NCBI GenBank assembly: GCA_040377305.1
Contig: JBEIPA010000003.1
Location: 1 to 64,000 of the forward strand
DNA length: 64,000 bases
Direction of reading: 5' to 3'
Source: Flavobacteriales bacterium
Lineage (GTDB): Bacteria > Bacteroidota > Bacteroidia > Palsa-965
Shown here: positions 55,745 through 64,000 of the stretch, one piece after another
Layout of the letters: each line of letters begins with the position of its first letter
Numbering within the stretch: the first letter of the stretch is position 1
Notes under the pieces: generated by a model
The model's input: the letters and a program-made list of their open reading frames with translations, nothing else
Databases searched by the model: none
Told to the model about the DNA's origin: nothing
Made by a program: the position numbers and the translations under genes

Positions 55745-58700
55745 ATGCACCGAATCCCTCTCCGGGCATGTTGTTTGTTTGTACCGCTCATGTTTTTATT
55801 GATGTGCAATTTGCTAAGAGCACAATCAATTGCAAACTACGCGGCAACACGAACAACTGGAATTACTTTTTCCTCGATTATGTCGACGGGTCTTCCGTGC
55901 AATAGCTGGAGGTATAACGGCGCATTTCAGCAAGACGACAACAGAAGCAATCCGGTCGAAATTGGTTTTGATTTTTGGTATAATGGTGTGCGCTACACAG
56001 AGGTTTCCATTTCCACCAACGGTTACATTGATTTTTCTGCGTCTACCAACGATGGAGGTCCAACCGGAGCGGCTTATGGTTACGTGAACACGCAATTCAC
56101 CGCTCCCAACGGCACGCTTTTGGCAATTGCACCATTTTACGATGATCAGACAACTCAAGGAGGAAATGATCCGCTTGGAAACAGTATTCGCACGTTAACG
56201 AGTGGAGTTGCACCTAACCGGATTTTTACAGTGGAGTGGAATGACATGGCAGTTTATCAGAATACAACTCCAAGTCTGACTTACCAGGTTAAACTTTATG
56301 AATCTAATGGAATAATCGAGTTTCTGTACTCTACAATGACAACAGGGACTGCTAACTTCTCTTACAGTTGTGGTATCAATGGACCTACGATGAGTGCCAA
56401 TCCAACCCCAGCACAGTTGAAGTGTCAGCAAACTGCAAATACTGCAACGTTCAACGATGGCGAGCAGAATAACCTGAACGCAATGCCCGCTGCAAATTCG
56501 AGAATACGATTTACTCCACCTGTTCCATTAAATCCCGGTAGCGGACTCACATTTACAAATGTTCAATCTGCACAAATGCAATTGAACTGGACGAATTGGG
56601 CAACGAATGAAGTAGGATACGTTGTGTATTCATCGGTAGATGGAATTAATTGGGAATTCGAAACACAAACTGCGGCGAATGCTACCAATGCAGTTATTAC
56701 AGGATTGTTTTCAGGCAGCACTTATCAGTGGAGATTGTACGCGGTGACTGAAGGGTGTTTAAGCACTGCTGTAACCGGAACGCAGGCAACCTTACCAGGA
56801 ACTACATTTATTTCTCAGCAAAGTGGTAACTGGCAAACCGGTTCAACCTGGAATACAGGAACTGTTCCGGGTATAAACGACAATGTCATTATCAATAACA
56901 ACCACACAGTAACCATTAATCAAAATGCTGCATGTCATAATCTGACTATTGGTCAAGGTATATCAGGAACTCTTCGGGTTGGAAACAACAATACTTCACG
57001 CACGTTCAATGTGACTGGTAATGTTACGATAATGGTTGGAGCACAGTTTATCGCTAATCCACTTTCCACCTCGACGCATAATATTTTGATTACCGGAAAT
57101 CTTGCGAATGCAGGTACGCTGGACATGATGATAGATGCGAATTCCATGTGCAACGTGACTTTTAATCACGCGTATGCCAATCAGACTGTAAGCGGCTCTG
57201 GAGTCTTAACCCGGTTTAATCGCATTACTTGTGATAAGGGTGCTACGCTTGGTCGCCTGTTGGATATTACATCCACCGCTTTTGCTGCGCCTGCCGGATT
57301 TCTGACATTGGTGAATGGAACTTTCCGTTTCTCAAGTCCTTCGGCTCTAACGATTACGCCGTTTAATACGACTGCCACAATTCCGTATACAGCGCGTCTG
57401 GTAATGAATAGCGCCTCAAGCACTATGGCGTTCACCGGTGGAAATATTGATTTGTTCGGAGAACTTCGCAACAATATCGGAACAATGAACATTGGAAATG
57501 CTGCTAACAACGGTATAAGCTCTAACGGAGGATTGTTCTATATAGCAGGAGGAACTGTTAACGTCGCAGGGCGTTATGATCGTCCGAATACTACTTGTCT
57601 TTCACGTTTTACAATGACAGGAGGAACAGTAATTCTGAACACCGTAGGTTCAACTTCTACAACGGTAGCGCCTTTTCAAATGGACGTTCCCGGATCGCAG
57701 TATACACACACGGGTGGTACAATCATCATTCGTCGTGAAGGTGGAACCGGTGCGCAAAATCTTGGGTTTACATGCACGGGTGGAAACATCAACAATGCAA
57801 TTGGAGGAACACTCCAGATTGGAGATGCGTCAACGCCGGTTGGACAGATTATGTTGATCAATACAATTTCTCCTGTAGGAAATTTACGGGTGAATAGTCC
57901 CAATGCCACAGCACAACTTTCGGTTAATACGTTAACCGTTTTGGGTAATGTCACTATTTCAACAGGAGTACTGCTCGCGTCTAATCTGAATCTGAATGTT
58001 GGAGGCAACTGGGTAAATGCCGGCGGCACGTACACAGCGGGTACCAACAACACTACATTTAACGGGACTTCTCCTCAATCCATTTCACGTACAAGCGGAG
58101 CAGAAAACTTCAACAACATTTCTTTCTCGAATGCTGGAGCGAAAGTTTTATCGCAGGCGATCAATTGTCGTAACGTAACGATTAACGCGAACTCATCATT
58201 CTCTGCTGGTGCAACTGGCTTTCAAATCGCAACAATAGGCAACTGGGTGAATAACGGAACGTTCACAGCAGGCACTTCCGGCGTTGTTTTGTGTAATGGC
58301 ACAACAGCACAAACAATAGGAGGAAGCGCTGTTACGAATTTCCGTCACCTCACAATCCAGAATGCGGCAGGCGTTTCGATTACAGCAAATGAGAATTTAT
58401 TGGGAACCCTGTCCTTGAATTCAGGAATGTTCACGACAAGCGGATTTGATTTTACACTTGTCTCGAATGTAAACGGTACTGGACGTATTGGTGCAATCAC
58501 TGGTGGAAACATCACCGGAGACATTGTGCAGCAGCGATACATTTACACCGGCCCAACGAATTGGCGACAGCTTGCAGCACCGGTTGATGCACAAACATTT
58601 CAGAGCTGGAATGATGATCTGATTACATCGGGATTCCCTGGTTCTGATTATCCCAATATGGCATTCTACTCGGTTGCGTTGTACAATGAAACTGCAGCTG

Positions 58701-60565
58701 GTCCTAAAGAATTCGGATATTCTGCTCCTGCGAATGTTACAGACGCAATTAATCCTCTTCGTGGTTATTACGTGTATGTAGGCCCACTCGCGGTTACGCT
58801 TGATGTGAAAGGTCCACCAAGAAAATTCAATCAAACATTTTCTCTCAGTTATACTCCGTCTGCCGGTCCTACACAAGATGGCTGGAATATATTGTCGAAT
58901 CCATATCCTTCCGCTATTGATTGGGATGCTCCAGGATTTACTCGAACGAATACTGATCAGGTGCTGTATATCTGGAACCCAACGAACAACCAGTATGCAA
59001 CGTATGTTGGTGGCGTAGGAACGAATGGTGGAAACCGATACATTCCTTCTTCACAAGCCTTCTGGGTTCGGGCGGTAGCGCCTTCTCCGGCAGTTTCACT
59101 TACGGAAAACGTAAAAGCGAATCAGGATCCGTCGTACATGCACACTGCGCCGAATACGATTCCGTACCTGCTCAAACTTAAGCTGAGCACTTCGAATGGT
59201 ACCGATGAAACAGTTGTGCGTTTCGACGCAGGCGGTTCGGATACTTTTGACATTGGTTACGATGCTTACAAACTTGCGAGTAGCGATACGAACGCACCAT
59301 ACATTGCTTCAACTTTGGATTCGGTTGAAGATTATTCCATCAACACGATGGGAACTCTGAGTGGAGATCGTGTTGTGCCACTGAAAGTTTTCCGAACAAC
59401 GAGCGGAATATTTACAATATCCCGCGACTCTGCTACCAATATGCCAGGTAGCGTCTGCATAATACTTGAAGATTTACATACAGGAATTCTGACTTCATTC
59501 AGTTCGGGAGGATCGTACACTTATTCGCACATTGGTGGAGATACCAGCGTTCGATTCCTTTTACATTTTAGCCCTGCGTTGACGAAAGGATGCGTTGCAA
59601 GTATTTGTCCTTCGAGTGCCGATGGTAAAGCATACGCTGCAGGAATTGGTGCAGGCCCATGGGATTACACCTGGGAAGATGCGAATGGGAATCAGATTGC
59701 ACAGCACAACTCAGTGAGCGGAGCAGATACATTGTTCGGATTGTCGCCGGGAGTTTATACCGTTACAGTCGATGGCAATTTCGGAAACTGTTCACAACGT
59801 ACCGATACAATTCACGTTGAAGGTCCGCCACTGTTATATGCAGATGATTCAATAGTTCAACCTGTTTGTCCGAACGATCTCAACGGAGAAATTTACGTGT
59901 TCAACGTGAGCGGAAGATCGGGACCATACTCGTTTCAGTGGAACACCGGTGAAACAGATTCAACGATCATCGGTTTAGGAGTTGGACAGCATGAGGTTTA
60001 TATTACCGACAACATCGGTTGTACGGACACCATGAGCTATAACGTCACGAGTGTTTCGCAGCTCAATGCAGATTTCATCTTCCCAACAGATACGGTGTAT
60101 TATCCGAATCCGATTTCTCCACTGAATTACTCGAATTACTCTTCATCGTGGTTCTGGGATTTCGGTGACATGAGCGGAACAGCTACTGACGCGAATCCAT
60201 TCTACTTCTATTCGACCTGGGGAACCTACAACGTTATGCTTGTGTCGTATGACAGCGTATGTTCAGACACCGTTTGGAATACAATTGTTATGTTGAACAA
60301 TGTTGGAATTCCGGAAGTGACATCGGCTGCAGATATTCAGCTGGCAAATACTTCGCAAGGAGCCGATCTGATTCTGCATGATAATCTTTCGCCAGTTATA
60401 GAAGTTCAGATTTATTCTGCGAATGGACAGTTGGTGTACGCGTCACAGGAAGCAATCAGCGATGGCATGATTCACCTGAACATGTTGGGTTACTCAGAAG
60501 GGAACTACATCGTGCGTGTAATTGACGACGGACGTGTTTGGAGTGGAAAGCTCTTCTGGCGCTAA
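55745..60565 (+). CDS. Large T9SS type A secreted protein (Fn3-like, beta-helical region, SprB-like, PKD, CTD)
   Basis: Signal peptide, IGFDFWYNG, SGNWQTGSTW, GWNILSNPYPSAIDW, WFWDFGD, IYSANGQLV...GNYIVRV. Confidence 0.88.
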   Translation: MHRIPLRACCLFVPLMFLLMCNLLRAQSIANYAATRTTGITFSSIMSTGLPCNSWRYNGAFQQDDNRSNPVEIGFDFWYNGVRYTEVSISTNGYIDFSASTNDGGPTGAAYGYVNTQFTAPNGTLLAIAPFYDDQTTQGGNDPLGNSIRTLTSGVAPNRIFTVEWNDMAVYQNTTPSLTYQVKLYESNGIIEFLYSTMTTGTANFSYSCGINGPTMSANPTPAQLKCQQTANTATFNDGEQNNLNAMPAANSRIRFTPPVPLNPGSGLTFTNVQSAQMQLNWTNWATNEVGYVVYSSVDGINWEFETQTAANATNAVITGLFSGSTYQWRLYAVTEGCLSTAVTGTQATLPGTTFISQQSGNWQTGSTWNTGTVPGINDNVIINNNHTVTINQNAACHNLTIGQGISGTLRVGNNNTSRTFNVTGNVTIMVGAQFIANPLSTSTHNILITGNLANAGTLDMMIDANSMCNVTFNHAYANQTVSGSGVLTRFNRITCDKGATLGRLLDITSTAFAAPAGFLTLVNGTFRFSSPSALTITPFNTTATIPYTARLVMNSASSTMAFTGGNIDLFGELRNNIGTMNIGNAANNGISSNGGLFYIAGGTVNVAGRYDRPNTTCLSRFTMTGGTVILNTVGSTSTTVAPFQMDVPGSQYTHTGGTIIIRREGGTGAQNLGFTCTGGNINNAIGGTLQIGDASTPVGQIMLINTISPVGNLRVNSPNATAQLSVNTLTVLGNVTISTGVLLASNLNLNVGGNWVNAGGTYTAGTNNTTFNGTSPQSISRTSGAENFNNISFSNAGAKVLSQAINCRNVTINANSSFSAGATGFQIATIGNWVNNGTFTAGTSGVVLCNGTTAQTIGGSAVTNFRHLTIQNAAGVSITANENLLGTLSLNSGMFTTSGFDFTLVSNVNGTGRIGAITGGNITGDIVQQRYIYTGPTNWRQLAAPVDAQTFQSWNDDLITSGFPGSDYPNMAFYSVALYNETAAGPKEFGYSAPANVTDAINPLRGYYVYVGPLAVTLDVKGPPRKFNQTFSLSYTPSAGPTQDGWNILSNPYPSAIDWDAPGFTRTNTDQVLYIWNPTNNQYATYVGGVGTNGGNRYIPSSQAFWVRAVAPSPAVSLTENVKANQDPSYMHTAPNTIPYLLKLKLSTSNGTDETVVRFDAGGSDTFDIGYDAYKLASSDTNAPYIASTLDSVEDYSINTMGTLSGDRVVPLKVFRTTSGIFTISRDSATNMPGSVCIILEDLHTGILTSFSSGGSYTYSHIGGDTSVRFLLHFSPALTKGCVASICPSSADGKAYAAGIGAGPWDYTWEDANGNQIAQHNSVSGADTLFGLSPGVYTVTVDGNFGNCSQRTDTIHVEGPPLLYADDSIVQPVCPNDLNGEIYVFNVSGRSGPYSFQWNTGETDSTIIGLGVGQHEVYITDNIGCTDTMSYNVTSVSQLNADFIFPTDTVYYPNPISPLNYSNYSSSWFWDFGDMSGTATDANPFYFYSTWGTYNVMLVSYDSVCSDTVWNTIVMLNNVGIPEVTSAADIQLANTSQGADLILHDNLSPVIEVQIYSANGQLVYASQEAISDGMIHLNMLGYSEGNYIVRVIDDGRVWSGKLFWR

Positions 60566-60651
60566 ACTTTTCCAAAGTTGACCACTAGCAATATTAACGA
60601 TCCGAAAGATTTCGAAGTCTGATTTAACGCACGCTCAACTTTGGAAAAGTT
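60565..60651. repeat. 87-bp REP/MITE-like element with perfect 17-bp inverted ends
   Basis: AACTTTTCCAAAGTTGA / TCAACTTTGGAAAAGTT between convergent genes. Confidence 0.82.
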
Positions 60652-60654
60652 ACG

Positions 60655-61152
60655 CTACCGGATAATGTGAAACCGCAAATCTCCATTCTCTTCAATTCCT
60701 GCAGCGATAAATCCATTCTTACGCAACACACCCTGTGATCCAAGATTCTTCTGCGCAGTTATTGCAAATACTTTTTTGAGCTTCATTTCGCTGAAACCAA
60801 AATCCACCGCGAGCTTCACTGCTTCTGCCATATATCCGTTGCGTCGATATTGTTCCTTCACGATGTAACCGATTTCTCCGCTGTCATTGGCGAATCCGCG
60901 GTAATACCCACACGTACCCACAATTTGTTGGAGCGCAATGTCTTCAATACCCCAGTGAATGCCCGAACCTTCGTTGTACCGGTCGTCAATCTTTCCGAGC
61001 ATCTCAACTGCTTCTTCCGCAGTCTTTGCTTGTATACGATTAAAGAAACTCAATTCCATAATTTGCGGAACATCTGCAGCAACCAATCGGCGCAGACGAA
61101 TGCGATTTGATTTTAGTTCTGGAAATAAGGGAAACGGCGGAGTAATCATCAT
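60655..61152 (-). CDS. GNAT (RimJ/RimL) acetyltransferase
   Basis: FPEL.S.RI.LR, IVGTCGY, EIGY, YRRNGYMAEA, N..S..VL.KNGF. Confidence 0.9.
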   Translation of the reverse strand: MMITPPFPLFPELKSNRIRLRRLVAADVPQIMELSFFNRIQAKTAEEAVEMLGKIDDRYNEGSGIHWGIEDIALQQIVGTCGYYRGFANDSGEIGYIVKEQYRRNGYMAEAVKLAVDFGFSEMKLKKVFAITAQKNLGSQGVLRKNGFIAAGIEENGDLRFHIIR

Positions 61153-61619
61153 TCACATCCTTTTATTAATCCTGCAAATATTGCAATCCAAACCAGACCT
61201 TTCACAAGAAAGAAGAGAAATCCCGAAACCCCGATACGTTTCAGCCACAAATACATTTTCTGATTTGTCGCAGAAGGCAGTGTCTGAGGATTTTGTGCAA
61301 GCTTGGTTTGTTCCGGACGAATGATTTTGAATTCAACAAGCAGAAAACCAAAGGGAACGAGCGAGGCAAGCGCAATTGCCAGAAACGTCGTCAACTTCCA
61401 CTTGTATTCCAGGGTAGCCACAACTGCGATGACGATATACAATAAAAAAATGCCACCATGAACCGGACCAATCACATGCACCATATTGGCGCCCAACCCG
61501 GAAATATTGCTGGGACCAACCCCGAAATATTTCATGGGTACTGCAATCAACAAAGCGAGCAGCGACAATCCTTCGAGAAGACCAACAATAGATAAACTGC
61601 GAAGTGAACGACCTTTCAT
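61149..61619 (-). CDS. DUF3817 membrane protein with extra C-terminal TM module
   Basis: LEGLSLL...AVPMKY...GPVHGGIFLLY...ASLVPFG, then WLKRIGVSGFLFFLVKGLVW. Confidence 0.8.
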   Translation of the reverse strand: MKGRSLRSLSIVGLLEGLSLLALLIAVPMKYFGVGPSNISGLGANMVHVIGPVHGGIFLLYIVIAVVATLEYKWKLTTFLAIALASLVPFGFLLVEFKIIRPEQTKLAQNPQTLPSATNQKMYLWLKRIGVSGFLFFLVKGLVWIAIFAGLIKGCE

Positions 61620-61626
61620 TTTTATT

Positions 61627-61935
61627 CTAAACGTTTTGCTCCTTCAGCACCTGTGCGAACAATTTCTTGTCGACGTAAAAACAACCGAACGGAACAATGG
61701 AAGCAATCATGATCATTGCCATGCGTTTGAATTTCCATCCAAGTTCAATACCTACCATGAGTGTCAGCGCACCCAAGCCGAGAAAAAGAACACCGTGTGC
61801 CATGCCGATGTAACGAACGAATAGCGGGCTGTCGAACATGTATTTCATGGGAACAGCGAAGAAAATCAACAAGACTAACGACATTCCTTCTATCAAACTG
61901 AGGAGACGCAAGCGTCCAATTTTAGTTTTTAGCAT
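61627..61935 (-). CDS. DUF3817 membrane protein
   Basis: IEGMSL...AVPMKY...GMAHGVLF...ASIVPFG. Confidence 0.85.
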   Translation of the reverse strand: MLKTKIGRLRLLSLIEGMSLVLLIFFAVPMKYMFDSPLFVRYIGMAHGVLFLGLGALTLMVGIELGWKFKRMAMIMIASIVPFGCFYVDKKLFAQVLKEQNV

Positions 61936-61938
61936 ACA

Positions 61939-63999
61939 CTAGTGTTTAACAGTAATTTTCTCCGTGTGCAATATCTCCTCGTGTTGTGCCACATCAACAA
62001 AGTACAACCCTTCTGCCCACGATGAAGTGGAAAGTGTGAACTGATGGTCAGTATGTGACTCGCGATAGATCACACGGCCCATCATGTCGGTCGCTGTAAC
62101 TACAACTTGTCCATGAATAGTTTCAGGAATGTTTACGTTGAGCACTTCGCTCGTTGGATTCGGATAAATTTCTATCGGTGCAACATATACTTCTTCGTCC
62201 GCAATTCCGATTACCGTTGAAACACCGTTTGCAAATGTGTATTCTCCCGGAAGAAGGGAGTCTGCAACAACGTATCCAAGCTTCGATGTTCCAGGCGAGC
62301 CTTGAATTGTTTTTGTGTAGTAAGGCCACTCGTGCCAGTCGTCAGCGGCATTTGCGCGGTAGAGCAGTATAATGCTGTCGCCGTTCGGAATGGTAAGATC
62401 ATGATCGAGCCAGCATGTGCCACCTGCAGTTGTTGTGGTGCGACCGTCGTAATTGAATCTCGCACGCGTAACAAATCCTGCAGGCCACAATCCACCGATC
62501 TTCCAGTAACGCAGATCAGAAATATTGTAATTGTTTACGTTGTTCTGTATCGGATCAGGAGCAACCCAATGATGTTCTACGCGCATCCACGTGGTGTCCG
62601 GACAATTCTGCACGGTGAAAATTACGCGCCCATAAGTAAATGTGTTGCCACCCGTTGCGGTAATGAGTTTCTCCTCGTTCGATTCCGCATCGCACAATAA
62701 ATTATTCGGATCGATGATGACCATGAAAGGATCGTATGGCAATGTGATGTTCACGGTGTCGTACTGACCGGAACAGAAGAAACGTTGATTTGTTACAGAC
62801 ATATCTGTATCCATGAATGCAAATTCAAGCGGAACGTTTGTGTAGAAATTCGGAGAACCCAATAACTTCTGCTGAACGTAAACAGTAACATCGAAGTTGG
62901 GACCATTCGGAACAGAAACCACAGAGTCTGCAACGAAATTTGTCCAGCCGGGTTGGAAAATCCAATCGTTGAAGTAATCGTTCACGTGTGCCATTCCGGA
63001 GGATGCAACAAGGTTGTCGCGGAAATCGACACTGCTTACATCTTTGAATTCGCTTTGTGATAGGTGATAGCGAACGCCGGCGAAGAAAGCTGAATCGCCC
63101 ATGTATCCACGCAGGTTGTGAGCCATCAACGCACCTTTCAGGTACACGTGATTGCCGTAGGTATCTGTGAACGGAATATTATTCATCGTAAGCCAGCCTT
63201 CCTGGTGATGGAAGTAATGCACTGCCGTTTCCTGTTGCGCCTTCACATCGTTGTCGTAAACCGCACGACCATATACCCATTCGTCAAAAATGTATTCGCA
63301 GTACGAAGCCCAACCTTCATTCAGCCACATATCTTCCTGTGTTCTGCACGTGGCCAGATCGCCGAACCAATGATGCGACAACTCGTGTGCCATTATACTC
63401 TGGTAAGTAAGAGATCCGGCTGCAAAAGATTTCGGATACGCAATTGCTGTGGCGTGTTCCATCGCACCTGCAGCAAAAGGAACGAAAGTGTATCCAACCT
63501 GTTGCCACATGTATGGATAGAATAAAGTGTCGTACGCACCGATTGCACGTTTCAGGTTTACAAATGAATTTTTGTGACCTGTTGTATCTGTCGCAATTCC
63601 GGCAAGCATAATCGGAATAGTACCATTCGTGCCAACGTGCGACCAATTTACATGTGTGTAATTGGCAACTGCAACGCAAGCGAGATAACTTGGAATAGGA
63701 TCAGTCAGTTCCCAGGTTCTCCATCGCACACCGTTGCCGTCTGTTGTGTCGTTAATCAATAGACCGTTGCAGTATGCAAGTTTGCCATTGTTCGATCCAA
63801 TCGTCTGCGTATAAGTTGCACGTTCCACAAAATTATCGAAGCAAGGATGCCACACACGTCCGTATACGTGCGGATTAGCAGCGAAGCCAACACCGAGGTT
63901 ATAGGCATAACCGCTTTGGAAATAAAATCCGCCCCACTGCGCATCCGATTGCGGTTGCCCATTATACCAAACGGTAAGATCTGCAGTATCGCCGACATT
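61939..63999 (-). CDS. M1 family aminopeptidase with T9SS type A CTD (5' end outside the window)
   Basis: GAMEH, HELSH...WLNEGWASY, YLKGA, IYPNP CTD; frame stays open from 63855 to the window end. Confidence 0.93.
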   Translation of the reverse strand, partial: NVGDTADLTVWYNGQPQSDAQWGGFYFQSGYAYNLGVGFAANPHVYGRVWHPCFDNFVERATYTQTIGSNNGKLAYCNGLLINDTTDGNGVRWRTWELTDPIPSYLACVAVANYTHVNWSHVGTNGTIPIMLAGIATDTTGHKNSFVNLKRAIGAYDTLFYPYMWQQVGYTFVPFAAGAMEHATAIAYPKSFAAGSLTYQSIMAHELSHHWFGDLATCRTQEDMWLNEGWASYCEYIFDEWVYGRAVYDNDVKAQQETAVHYFHHQEGWLTMNNIPFTDTYGNHVYLKGALMAHNLRGYMGDSAFFAGVRYHLSQSEFKDVSSVDFRDNLVASSGMAHVNDYFNDWIFQPGWTNFVADSVVSVPNGPNFDVTVYVQQKLLGSPNFYTNVPLEFAFMDTDMSVTNQRFFCSGQYDTVNITLPYDPFMVIIDPNNLLCDAESNEEKLITATGGNTFTYGRVIFTVQNCPDTTWMRVEHHWVAPDPIQNNVNNYNISDLRYWKIGGLWPAGFVTRARFNYDGRTTTTAGGTCWLDHDLTIPNGDSIILLYRANAADDWHEWPYYTKTIQGSPGTSKLGYVVADSLLPGEYTFANGVSTVIGIADEEVYVAPIEIYPNPTSEVLNVNIPETIHGQVVVTATDMMGRVIYRESHTDHQFTLSTSSWAEGLYFVDVAQHEEILHTEKITVKH

Positions 64000-64000
64000 C

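Noticed and set aside
63756-63998. Separate 80-aa ORF suggesting a frameshift in the aminopeptidase
   Set aside because: The aminopeptidase frame itself is open to the window edge

Overview
A gene-dense 64 kb Bacteroidota chromosomal segment, judged from TAnnTTTG promoters, many T9SS-secreted proteins and a bat operon. It holds two tandem SprB-repeat paralogues with a shared unusual N-terminal domain, the moxR-DUF58-batABCD operon, truA, an ABC exporter, a Kir-type channel, TauE, uvrA and an ECF sigma factor. Further on are an S41 peptidase, a flavoprotein/methyltransferase pair, a DUF2779 nuclease-helicase-double RraB run, a GlxA/VOC cluster, a PPIase-surA-moxR operon, alpha-2-macroglobulin and further T9SS cargo. 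I saw no rRNA, tRNA, CRISPR array or transposase. The most striking unexplained signal is a dense population of small inverted-repeat elements. These include arms built of degenerate 7-9 nt tandem units that often begin exactly at stop codons, one pair of which brackets a four-helix-bundle gene. There are also two MITE-like families (one copy with a perfect 24-bp TIR and a 5-bp flanking direct repeat) and REP-like motifs apparently inserted in frame in coding sequences. All calls come from reading the sequence by eye; no searches were run.
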